Positions 43,995 through 52,837 of a DNA stretch of 64,000 nt are shown here, piece after piece. The stretch is from a bacterium (GTDB lineage: Bacteria; Zhuqueibacterota; QNDG01; JAGLOF01), in NCBI GenBank assembly GCA_023139105.1, contig JAGLOF010000016.1, positions 959 through 64,958 on the forward strand, read 5' to 3'. The position numbers were made by a program, and so were the translations under genes. The notes beneath the pieces are model-generated. The model saw only the letters and a list, made by a program, of their open reading frames with translations. It was not told the origin of the DNA and did not search any database. How positions within the stretch are numbered: position 1 is the stretch's first letter; each line of letters begins with the position of its first letter.

Positions 43995-44702
43995 ATGAAC
44001 CCTAAACCCACACCTTTTCTCTTCGGACTATTTTTCATCCTCTTTGGTGGCTTCTTGCTGCTCGGTACTACAGGGATAGTACAAATAGACGAAGAAATTA
44101 CAGTGGCCTCTATTTTTGCAATTGCCGGCCTTGTCATGATTCAAGCACACTTCCTGCAAAAAAAGCCCATATGGATGCTAATTGTCGGAGGCATCAGTCT
44201 ATTTATAGGTACTGCTGTTTTCATTGAAAACACAAGAATAATTCCCGAGGAATCAATAGGTGTTCTCTTATTTGTAATAGCTGCAGCAATATTTCTTTTG
44301 CAACTACGCAAAGGCAAAGAAGCCTGGTGGGCCATTATTCCTGGTGGCTTCTGCCTTGTAATGGCCGGACATGTATTGCTCAGTCTTACTATGTGGCACC
44401 CGGAAGAACTGCATGGAGCACTTTTCTTTGGTGGTATGGGGGCAATATTCGGTATAATTTATTTATTGAAAGATGAAAACTACAATCTAGGCTGGGCAAA
44501 ATGGCCGGCACTTTCCGCATTGATCATGAGTGCTTTTATACTATTTGTTAATAACGACCAAACAATTGGAAAATTATTTTTTCCACTCATATTAATCTTC
44601 TTTGGCGGGATAATTCTGTTTAAATCTATGCATCGTCAACATAATCAAGACATTGACTCCTCTTCTGTATCTACTACTGAAAATGAAGATATAGTTCAGT
44701 AG
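43995..44702 (+). CDS. multi-pass membrane protein of unknown function, last gene of the que transcription unit
   Basis: AAGGAGG lies upstream of the ATG at 43995. There are about 7 hydrophobic segments with recurring FGG/GG motifs, followed by a strong terminator. Confidence 0.6.
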   Translation: MNPKPTPFLFGLFFILFGGFLLLGTTGIVQIDEEITVASIFAIAGLVMIQAHFLQKKPIWMLIVGGISLFIGTAVFIENTRIIPEESIGVLLFVIAAAIFLLQLRKGKEAWWAIIPGGFCLVMAGHVLLSLTMWHPEELHGALFFGGMGAIFGIIYLLKDENYNLGWAKWPALSALIMSAFILFVNNDQTIGKLFFPLILIFFGGIILFKSMHRQHNQDIDSSSVSTTENEDIVQ

Positions 44703-44731
44703 TCAATAATCCATAGACTTTTTTCTTTAAA

Positions 44732-44767
44732 TCCCGGTACTCTAAAATAGAGTGCCGGGATTTTTTT
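44732..44767 (+). terminator. rho-independent terminator
   Basis: TCCCGGTACTCT-AAAAT-AGAGTGCCGGGA (12-bp stem with one G-U pair) followed by T7. Confidence 0.8.
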
Positions 44768-45175
44768 ACTGTTTTTAACACTTTTCAATTGACCTCCGGT
44801 CGGCGTTAAAACTTCAGGAGTGACAAGCTTTATGAAGGTTTGTGTCATCCCTAAAAAACTGTCATCTCCCGTACAGAACCGGGACTCAGCCTGTATGCTC
44901 CTGGCAGGGATCTATCATTCAAAGGTTCACCTGCTAATAACAGTAACGGACTCTATATTTTAAAAATCCTCAATTGTAGACTACTGACAAAGACATTCAT
45001 TTCGTAGCGGCGTATGCCCTTCGCCCACACTACTTGACATTTACAATTACGAGGTGTTCTGTTAAACACAGCATGTTGATGTGGTTTTATTAATCCATAA
45101 AACATCCGGAGGCGCATCGCAAAAGCCTCATCAAACATCAGCGGGAACTGTAGGTTACACGAGTATAGCGCAAGG

Positions 45176-45408
45176 AGATTGCCACGGCACAGAACGCCTC
45201 GCAATGACACATACGGACTTAACGCTCTGCCGGGGAGCCGTTTGTGCAGGCAACAGCGGCAGTCCCATCAAGGCTCCACCAGCATTCATCAATATCTTTC
45301 AGGCAGGGCAGGGCGGCTTCGTGGTCTTCGTGTTCTCTGTGCGAGTGCTCTTTTTCGTTTTTTTCGCTCTTTTCCGTAGGCAATGTTCCTGCTCTTCTTT
45401 CATTTTAA
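45176..45408. repeat. left copy of the ~235-bp direct repeat flanking the ABC island (empty site for the MITE-like element)
   Basis: Colinear with 51574..51968. The first 49 nt differ at 1 position. There are a few small indels and the 169-bp insertion is absent. Confidence 0.9.
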
Positions 45409-45790
45409 ATTTTATATCCGTACGCATCTGTGATAAGCTCTGGCAAAATTTAGTATTTACCCACACGATTCAACAGAGCCTTTATTCTATTAAAATTAGA
45501 ATACCACATAAGAAAGAAACTATCATTGTGAGACTTTTTTTACCGAAGCAATCTTTTAGTCAGGACTTTCGTCCAATATACCCGTTATCAAGATCCCCGA
45601 TAAAAACATTCGAGGATGACAAACTTAGAGACTTACAGCAAACACAATTAATTGTGCAACTCCTCAATTTCAACATAAAATCTTTTTACTTGACATTGAA
45701 ACTTACGATCACTATCTTTCGTACGAATACTGTAAGAACAAACATAAATCGTATATTTTTAACAGTTTCGTCTAATCAGGATATCATTAA

Positions 45791-46369
45791 ATGCCCGAGA
45801 ACAGCAGCAAAGCCCAACAGATTCTTATCACCGCCAAAGATCTCTTCTATCGATACGGCTTCAAACGCGTCTCTATTGAAGAAGTCTGCCGCGAGGCCGG
45901 AGTCAGTAAAATGACATTTTACAAATACTTTAAAAATAAAAATGGGCTGATCATTCATATGATGAATACGTTGAGCAGGGATGCCTGGGAGATTTACGAA
46001 TCCATCATGAGCCGGCAAATTCCCTACAAAGAAAAAGTGGCTGGCATGCTCCGCCTCAAAGCCGACAGCACAAAGGGACTGAGCCCGGAACTGCTTCAGG
46101 AAATCCACAACAGTGATGATGAAGAGCTCAAAGCCTACTTTCAGAAACACACAATAACCAATTTGAAACGCATCATGAAAGACCTGACCAAAGCACAGCA
46201 AGACGGAGAACTCAGGCAAGACATGAAAATTGGATTTATCCTCTACTTCATGAACCACATGTTCGAAATGGCCAAAGACCAACAGCTCACAGCACTCTAT
46301 GCCACACCTCAGGATCTCATCATGGAGCTGAACAATTTCTTTTTTTACGGCATACTGCCCAGGGAATAA
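45791..46369 (+). CDS. TetR/AcrR-family transcriptional regulator
   Basis: HTH region LFYRYGFKRVSIEEVCREAGVSKMTFYKYF. Confidence 0.9.
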   Translation: MPENSSKAQQILITAKDLFYRYGFKRVSIEEVCREAGVSKMTFYKYFKNKNGLIIHMMNTLSRDAWEIYESIMSRQIPYKEKVAGMLRLKADSTKGLSPELLQEIHNSDDEELKAYFQKHTITNLKRIMKDLTKAQQDGELRQDMKIGFILYFMNHMFEMAKDQQLTALYATPQDLIMELNNFFFYGILPRE

Positions 46370-46372
46370 TCC

Positions 46373-47545
46373 ATGAGAATAAAAACGATTGTTATCTTCT
46401 GTACATTATTGGGCACGACGTGCTTACAGGGCCAAAGCGTCCGTTTCAGTGGCCAGGTAGATGCCTGGGGCGGCAGCCGCATCGAGGAGCTGGCATTGCC
46501 TGTGCTAGGATTACGCTATGTCCCTGAATTCTATGTGGAAAAAGCATCGGGCAGCAACTTGATCGATGCGCAAGCGTCATTCAATCTCTTTACCTCTCAT
46601 ATGAATGATGGAAATCAATGGTCAGACGACACGGATGTCAAACTCTATCGGACATGGTTGCGCTACAGCAATGCTCAGAGCGAACTACGTCTCGGGCTAC
46701 AGAAAATCAACTTCGGCTCAGCCAGTCTTATCCGACCGCTGATGTGGTTTGATCGTATTGATCCGAGAGACCCATTGCAGCTCACCGACGGGGTCTGGGG
46801 AATTCTCTATCGTCGATACTTCATAAATAACACCAACTTTTGGCTCTGGGCTCTCTGGGGAAATGAAAAAGTAAAAGGCTGGGAAGCCATCCCCACCCAT
46901 AAAACGACGCCTGAATTCGGCGGACGTATGCAATTCCCTGTACCGAGAGGCGAATTGGCGGCGACCTTTCACCACCGCCGGGCCGATCTGGATGAAGGCA
47001 TCAATGCCATCCGTGAGATGCTGGGTATCCCGCCCCATGCAGAGATCACCTTCGCTCCCCTTGGGCAGATTAATGAGAATCGATTCGGACTGGACGGGAA
47101 GTGGGACTTCACCATTGGATTCTGGGTCGAATCTGCATTCACACACCGGGACATCACACTGCTCCACACGCCATGGCAACGCATGACCGTCATTGGCGCC
47201 GATTACACTTTTGGACTGGGTAACGGCCTCCATGTGATGACCGAACACGCGCGTATTGAAATGAGTGAGGCGGCCTTCTCCAAAGCAGCCGAGGGCTTCG
47301 ATTTCACAGCCCTGTCACTGAATTACCCGCTTGGCCTGCTGGATACTGTCTCAGGCCTGCTCTACCGCGACTGGGACAGCGGCAGCTGGTATCGCTTCAT
47401 CCGCTGGCAGAGAACCTACGACGCCATTCAGCTCCACGCCATGGCGTTCTGGAATCCGGATCGTTTTGCCATGCTTCCGCAGATGGGATCGTCCCCGGCC
47501 ATGGCCGGAAAAGGCTTTCAACTGCTTTTTGTATTCAATCATTAA
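46373..47545 (+). CDS. hypothetical secreted / outer-membrane protein (beta-rich)
   Basis: Signal peptide MRIKTIVIFCTLLGTTCLQGQS and alternating aromatic/polar strands. I recognise no named domain. Confidence 0.5.
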   Translation: MRIKTIVIFCTLLGTTCLQGQSVRFSGQVDAWGGSRIEELALPVLGLRYVPEFYVEKASGSNLIDAQASFNLFTSHMNDGNQWSDDTDVKLYRTWLRYSNAQSELRLGLQKINFGSASLIRPLMWFDRIDPRDPLQLTDGVWGILYRRYFINNTNFWLWALWGNEKVKGWEAIPTHKTTPEFGGRMQFPVPRGELAATFHHRRADLDEGINAIREMLGIPPHAEITFAPLGQINENRFGLDGKWDFTIGFWVESAFTHRDITLLHTPWQRMTVIGADYTFGLGNGLHVMTEHARIEMSEAAFSKAAEGFDFTALSLNYPLGLLDTVSGLLYRDWDSGSWYRFIRWQRTYDAIQLHAMAFWNPDRFAMLPQMGSSPAMAGKGFQLLFVFNH

Positions 47546-47562
47546 CTATAAACGAGGTTGTC

Positions 47563-48261
47563 ATGGACAATAATCACCTCATTACGACTGAAAATCTGAC
47601 GAAGCGCTTTCCCATGGGACAGACAGAACTCACAGCCTTAAACAACATTAATCTGACCATCCGAAAGGGTGAGTTCATAGGTCTTGTAGGTCCGTCGGGA
47701 TCGGGCAAAACGACATTGCTGAATATACTCGGCACGCTGGATTCGCCCACTGAGGGCAGCGCTGTGGTCCTGGGAAATAATACCGCGGAGCTCTCTCACA
47801 AAAACTCAGCCAAATTAAGGAACCTGCAGATCGGATTTATCTTTCAGACTTTCAATCTACTGCCGGTCTATACAGTGTATGAAAATGTGGAATTCCCTTT
47901 ATTGCTTCAAAAACTCGGCAAATCTCAGCGACACGACATGGTCGTGGATGCCTTAAAATGGGTTGGCCTGGCAGATCGAGCCAAATCCAAACCAGCCCAA
48001 CTCTCCGGTGGTCAATGCCAGCGCGTAGCCATTGCCCGGGCCATTGTCAAGAAACCGGCTCTGGTTCTGGCCGATGAGCCCACAGCCAATTTGGACGCCA
48101 AGAATTCCCACCATATCCTTAAAACAATGGAAACGTTGAATAAAGAACTAGGCACTACATTCATCTTTGCCACACATGATGAAAAAGTCATCGGCTATCT
48201 CAAACGTCAGATCACTTTGGATGACGGGCAGATTGCCAATGACCAGGTACTCAAAGGTTAA
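47563..48261 (+). CDS. ABC transporter ATP-binding protein (MacB/LolD-type)
   Basis: Walker A GPSGSGKTT, signature LSGGQCQR and Walker B LVLADEPT. Confidence 0.95.
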   Translation: MDNNHLITTENLTKRFPMGQTELTALNNINLTIRKGEFIGLVGPSGSGKTTLLNILGTLDSPTEGSAVVLGNNTAELSHKNSAKLRNLQIGFIFQTFNLLPVYTVYENVEFPLLLQKLGKSQRHDMVVDALKWVGLADRAKSKPAQLSGGQCQRVAIARAIVKKPALVLADEPTANLDAKNSHHILKTMETLNKELGTTFIFATHDEKVIGYLKRQITLDDGQIANDQVLKG

Positions 48262-48279
48262 GGGGAAGGAGACAATAGC

Positions 48280-49452
48280 ATGTTGGCTTTCAAACTTGCA
48301 TTGCGCAATTTGTTCGGTGCCGGTCTTCGTACCTGGCTGACCGTTATAGTCCTGTCATTCTCCTATGTCATCATCATTTTTCAGCAGGGCATGCTGGACG
48401 GATGGAACAAGCAGGCACGACGGGATATGATGCACTGGGAACTTGGTGGCGGCCAATACTGGCATACCGCTTATGACCCTTATGATTTTTTCACGATTGA
48501 AGATGGCCGCGGCCCATTGGCTCCTGAACTTCAAAGCCGGGTCGATCAAGGGCAAGCCACCGATGTACTGATTTCCCAGGCCTCCATCTACCCCGATGGC
48601 CGGCTGATGAGCGTGCTGCTTAAAGGCATTGATCCTAATCAGACCATCCTGGATATGCCTACCGCACCGCTGGTCGAAAACATCACTGAAATCCCTGCCC
48701 TGATTGGGAGACGTATGGCTGAGGCCGCCAAACTGCGTAAAGGCGATGTGGTCACTGTTCGCTGGCGGGATGCCAACGGCACATTTGATGCCACTGAAAT
48801 CAAGATCGTCGAAGTGATGAAAACCAACGTGGGAAGCATAGATATGGGTCAGCTATGGTTGCCCAAATCCCGCCTTGAATCCATGTTGGGCGTTGAAAAT
48901 ATGACTACCTATCTGGTTTTAAAACGGGGCAGCAATGCAACGGATACAGTGAATGGATGGGTGTATCGTGATCACGCCTATCTCATGAAAGAACTCACCG
49001 AAATGATTAAAATGAAATCGGTGGGCGGCTCCATCATGTTTCTCGTTCTGCTGGCTCTGGCCTGGCTGGCCATCTTTGATACGCAGGTGCTTTCCATATT
49101 CCGGCGACGCAAAGAAATTGGTACAATGATCGCACTGGGAATGACAAGGCAGCGGGTGGTGCGCATCTTCACATTGGAAGGAGCCATGCACGGCATTCTG
49201 GCTGCGGCTGTGGCAGCACTCTACGGCGCGCCTCTCTTCATATGGATGGCCAGATCCGGATGGGCCATGCCCGAAATGACCGATGACATGGGAATGGCTA
49301 TTGCTGAACGCATCTACCCCAGCTACAGCCTGGGACTCATTGCCATGACCACGGCCATTGTGATGCTCTCGGTGATTGTTGTCAGTTTTATCCCGGCGCG
49401 CAACATCACCACGTTCAATCCCACCGACGCCATTAAAGGAAAAACATCATGA
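48280..49452 (+). CDS. ABC transporter permease, FtsX/MacB-type
   Basis: One N-terminal TM segment, a large periplasmic loop and a C-terminal FtsX-like 3-TM bundle. Confidence 0.85.
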   Translation: MLAFKLALRNLFGAGLRTWLTVIVLSFSYVIIIFQQGMLDGWNKQARRDMMHWELGGGQYWHTAYDPYDFFTIEDGRGPLAPELQSRVDQGQATDVLISQASIYPDGRLMSVLLKGIDPNQTILDMPTAPLVENITEIPALIGRRMAEAAKLRKGDVVTVRWRDANGTFDATEIKIVEVMKTNVGSIDMGQLWLPKSRLESMLGVENMTTYLVLKRGSNATDTVNGWVYRDHAYLMKELTEMIKMKSVGGSIMFLVLLALAWLAIFDTQVLSIFRRRKEIGTMIALGMTRQRVVRIFTLEGAMHGILAAAVAALYGAPLFIWMARSGWAMPEMTDDMGMAIAERIYPSYSLGLIAMTTAIVMLSVIVVSFIPARNITTFNPTDAIKGKTS

Positions 49453-50717
49453 TCCGCTTTTTACTCAAAGGACTGGTGCGGGACCGGCACCGCAGCCTGT
49501 TCCCCATATTGGTCGTTTCCATAGGTGTGATGCTGACGGTATTTGCCCATAGCTGGTTCAGCGGCATGATCAATGACATTATTGATTCCAATGCCAAGTT
49601 CGACACCGGGCACATCAAGATCATGAGTCGAAGCTATGCGGAGAATAAAGACCAGACGCCTAATGACCTGGCCCTGACCGGGATTAATGATCTGCTTCAG
49701 CAGTTGAGAGACGACATCCCGGAGATGGCCTGGACTCCCCGTATTAAATTCGGTGGCTTGATCGACATTCCCGATGAGGCAGGTGAAACCCGCTCTCAAT
49801 CACCAGCCATGGGTGTTGCTTTGGATTTTTACGGTCCCGGCGGTGAAGTCGAACGACTCAACATACAAAATGCCTTGGTCACAGGACGCCTCCCCCGGAA
49901 TCCCGGTGAGATTCTCATCAGTGACGAGCTGGCCCAGCGCCTGGAGACCAAGGTCGGCGATACGGCTACATTGATTGGGTCCACCATGTACGGTGCCATG
50001 GCTGTGCACAACTTCACAATCTCAGGAACGTTGAAATTCGGCATGAAGGCCATGGACCGCGGCGCCATGCTGGTCGATATTCATGACATACGACTGGCAT
50101 TGGATATGGATGATGCTGCCGGAGAGATTGTGGGCTATATGCACCCTATCTATAAAGATAACACCATACAGTCCATCAAGGCTGAATTCAATAGCCTTCA
50201 TACTGAGAACGATGACGAATTTGCACCCGTCATGCTCTCACTCCGTGATCAAAATGGATTGAACGACTATCTGGTGTATGCCGAGTCCATCTCCGGAATG
50301 CTAATCTTTGTTTTTGTCGGCATCATGTCTCTGGTGCTATGGAATACCGGCCTGATTGGTGGAATTCGGCGCTACGGTGAAATTGGTGTCCGCCTCGCCA
50401 TTGGTGAAAACAAAGGGGGCGTTTATCGCTCCATGGTGCTGGAATCTGCGGCCATCGGCTTTGCCGGTTCACTGATTGGCTCCATTCTTGGACTGGCCCT
50501 GGCCTATTGGATTCAGGTTAAAGGAATTAATTTGGGTGATATGATGGGCAACAGCTCACTACTGATCTCCAATATTGTCCGCACCCGCATCACCGAACAA
50601 ACCTACTATATTGGATTTATTCCCGGCCTGCTCTCCACGGTGCTGGGTTCCATGCTGGCCGGTATTGGAATCTATAAACGCCAGACCGCCCAGCTCTTTA
50701 AAGAATTAGAAGTTTGA
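49449..50717 (+). CDS. ABC transporter permease, FtsX/MacB-type (second)
   Basis: Same architecture as 48280..49452, with a 4-nt overlap with the upstream gene. Confidence 0.85.
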   Translation: MIRFLLKGLVRDRHRSLFPILVVSIGVMLTVFAHSWFSGMINDIIDSNAKFDTGHIKIMSRSYAENKDQTPNDLALTGINDLLQQLRDDIPEMAWTPRIKFGGLIDIPDEAGETRSQSPAMGVALDFYGPGGEVERLNIQNALVTGRLPRNPGEILISDELAQRLETKVGDTATLIGSTMYGAMAVHNFTISGTLKFGMKAMDRGAMLVDIHDIRLALDMDDAAGEIVGYMHPIYKDNTIQSIKAEFNSLHTENDDEFAPVMLSLRDQNGLNDYLVYAESISGMLIFVFVGIMSLVLWNTGLIGGIRRYGEIGVRLAIGENKGGVYRSMVLESAAIGFAGSLIGSILGLALAYWIQVKGINLGDMMGNSSLLISNIVRTRITEQTYYIGFIPGLLSTVLGSMLAGIGIYKRQTAQLFKELEV

Positions 50718-51463
50718 TGGAGGACGCCATGCGCGCACGTTTATTCATAATCTGTTTTCTCCTGGCTATGCCGATTGCCATACTGGCCCAGAACGGCAAT
50801 GAAATACTGAAACGGGTCGATGAGAACATGGGGGCCGAGTCCCGCATCCATGAATCGACCATGATCATACACGGAAGGCGGGGCACACGCACAGTCACAT
50901 CCAGGTCGTGGATTATCGGGATCGACAAATCCTTTACCGAATTCCTCTCACCGGCAAGGGAGCGCGGCACTAAGATGCTGAAGCTGGAGGATGAGCTTTG
51001 GACATACTCCCCCTCGACAGACCGTACGATTCGCATTGCCGGCCACATGCTGCGTCAGTCCGTCATGGGCTCAGACCTCTCCTACGAAGACGCCATGGAG
51101 GATCCGCATCTGCCTAATATCTACACAGCTGAAAAGGATGGTGAGGAGACCATACTCGAACGCAACTGCTGGATACTGAAGCTCACGGCTACAAAAAACG
51201 ACGTGGCCTATCACTCTCGCCGTCTCTGGGTGGACAAGACGCGTTATCTCGTACTGAAGGAAGAACGATTTGCAAAAAGCGGCAAACTGCTGAAAACAGC
51301 CGAAGTGAAAGCCGTCAAACGCATGGACAATCGCTGGGTGGCCACGCACATGGTGTTCAGAGACATGCTCAAGAAAGGCAAAGGAACCGAATTCAAACTC
51401 AACAAGGTAACATTCAATGCCAACATCCCTGCCCACCGCTTCTCCAAGGCTGCATTACGCTAA
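50714..51463 (+). CDS. LolA-like outer-membrane lipoprotein-sorting protein
   Basis: Signal peptide ..AMPIAILAQ, then ILKRVDEN......S.M.IH..RG.R and WTYSPS..R..RI. The start is uncertain (50714 TTG, 50717 ATG or 50732 ATG). Confidence 0.75.
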   Translation: MMEDAMRARLFIICFLLAMPIAILAQNGNEILKRVDENMGAESRIHESTMIIHGRRGTRTVTSRSWIIGIDKSFTEFLSPARERGTKMLKLEDELWTYSPSTDRTIRIAGHMLRQSVMGSDLSYEDAMEDPHLPNIYTAEKDGEETILERNCWILKLTATKNDVAYHSRRLWVDKTRYLVLKEERFAKSGKLLKTAEVKAVKRMDNRWVATHMVFRDMLKKGKGTEFKLNKVTFNANIPAHRFSKAALR

Positions 51464-51573
51464 ATAACTCTACAAGGGCATGCAGGAGTGACATAGAAAC
51501 CACAAAGTGATTTTGCCGGAGTAATCTATTCTGCGATAATCCGTATCATCTACGGGGCAGATCTCCACAAAGA

Positions 51574-51968
51574 AGATTGCCACGGCACAAAACGCCTCGC
51601 AATGACACATACGGACTTAACGTTGTCTCTGCCAGGGAAGCATTTGTGCAGGCGTCCCATCAAGGCTCCACTAGCAGTCTGTCTGACTTAAGGCTATTAG
51701 GCATGTTTTTAGAGATTTTTTTCCTATTCAAGGCGCGATTGAGGCGCATAAAGAGCTTTATGTAACGAGTGAGCAACGCAGAATAGGGGAAAAAGATCAA
51801 AAACAGGACAATATTGGCGTAAGTCCGACAGGCTGCTGGCATTCATCAATATCTTTCAGGCAGGGCAGGGCGGCTTCGTGGTCTTTGTGATCTCTGTGCG
51901 AGTGCTCTTTTTTTTATTTTTTCCGCTCTTTTTCGTAGGCAAATGTTCCTGCTCTTCTTTCATTTTAT
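51574..51968. repeat. right copy of the ~235-bp direct repeat (interrupted by the 169-bp insertion)
   Basis: Colinear with 45176..45408. Confidence 0.9.
51671..51839. mobile_element. MITE-like 169-bp insertion with 24-nt imperfect terminal inverted repeats
   Basis: CTAGCAGTCTGTCTGACTTAAGGC (51671-51694) against the reverse complement of 51816-51839 (CCAGCAGCCTGTCGGACTTACGCC) matches at 19/24. The element is absent from the paralogous site at ~45270. Confidence 0.55.
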
Positions 51969-52288
51969 AAAAATTTGGGTGTCCCTGTGTCGAAAACAGG
52001 GAAAAACTGTCATCCCTGCATGCTCCTGGCAGGGATCCATCATTTAAAGGCGCACATGTATTAACAGCAGCAGAATCTACATTTTTAATCCTCGCTATTG
52101 TAGACTCCTGACAAGGGCACTCAGGAGTGACATGCTTTTAAGGTTTATGTCATCCGTGTTCAATTTCTTTTCTATTAATCTCATTAATACATTAAATCCG
52201 GATTGCTTTTCAGGCTAAATTTTCGTAAAATGTAAGTTAATCTTCACGTCTTCAGAAAAAGGCACTTATCTGACGGAAAACTATTTTA

Positions 52289-52837
52289 ATGCCAAGATCA
52301 AGAAGTTGGACTCTCATCCCTTTATTTGCAGCTTTAACGGCTGTCGGCGGTTTCATTAGAATACCTGTACAACCGGCAGCATTTACCCTGCAGACACTCT
52401 TTGTCTATCTTGCAGGCTCCATGCTGCCTGCCAGATCAGCAGCAATGAGTCAAATATTATTTTTAGCCATAGGTCTGGCTGGTCTACCCATTTTTGCAGC
52501 GGGGGGCGGGCCCGGTTATATACTCCAGCCCACATTCGGATATTTACTGTCATTCCCCATTGCAGCATGGATAATTGCAAAATTCAGCGGACGCGTCCGG
52601 TACTGGCAATCCTGGATTACCGGTGTGATTCTGGCACTTGTATGCATTTTCAGCATAGGCGTATGTGGGATGTATTTCAACTTTGCACACATTGCCGGAA
52701 AACCGATACTCTTGAAACATGCCATCTGGAGCGGAGCCATTCTTTTTATTCCGGCTGAAATAGCTAAAATTACTCTGGCAGCAATAGTATTGAAACGCTG
52801 GCGGCTCTCAAATCCCGGAGAAGAGTTTAATGCCTAA
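52289..52837 (+). CDS. bioY: biotin transporter BioY
   Basis: The typical BioY pattern ..TAVGGFIRIP..P..FTLQTLFV.LAG... with 5-6 TM segments. Confidence 0.85.
   Translation: MPRSRSWTLIPLFAALTAVGGFIRIPVQPAAFTLQTLFVYLAGSMLPARSAAMSQILFLAIGLAGLPIFAAGGGPGYILQPTFGYLLSFPIAAWIIAKFSGRVRYWQSWITGVILALVCIFSIGVCGMYFNFAHIAGKPILLKHAIWSGAILFIPAEIAKITLAAIVLKRWRLSNPGEEFNA

Noticed and set aside
45081-45914. 277-aa ORF across the 44.8-45.8 kb spacer (and 44953..45210 on the - strand)
   Set aside because: The ORF has a non-ATG start, reads straight through the repeat modules (DCHGTERLAMT.., GRAGRLRGLRVL..) and runs out of frame into the TetR gene. Its composition is that of non-coding repeats.
42128-51436. Long antisense ORFs (e.g. 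42128..42628, 45776..46282, 46718..47248, 50698..51048, 51071..51436)
   Set aside because: Each lies fully inside a well-supported sense gene in a GC-richer stretch where stop codons are rare. None has a recognisable domain.
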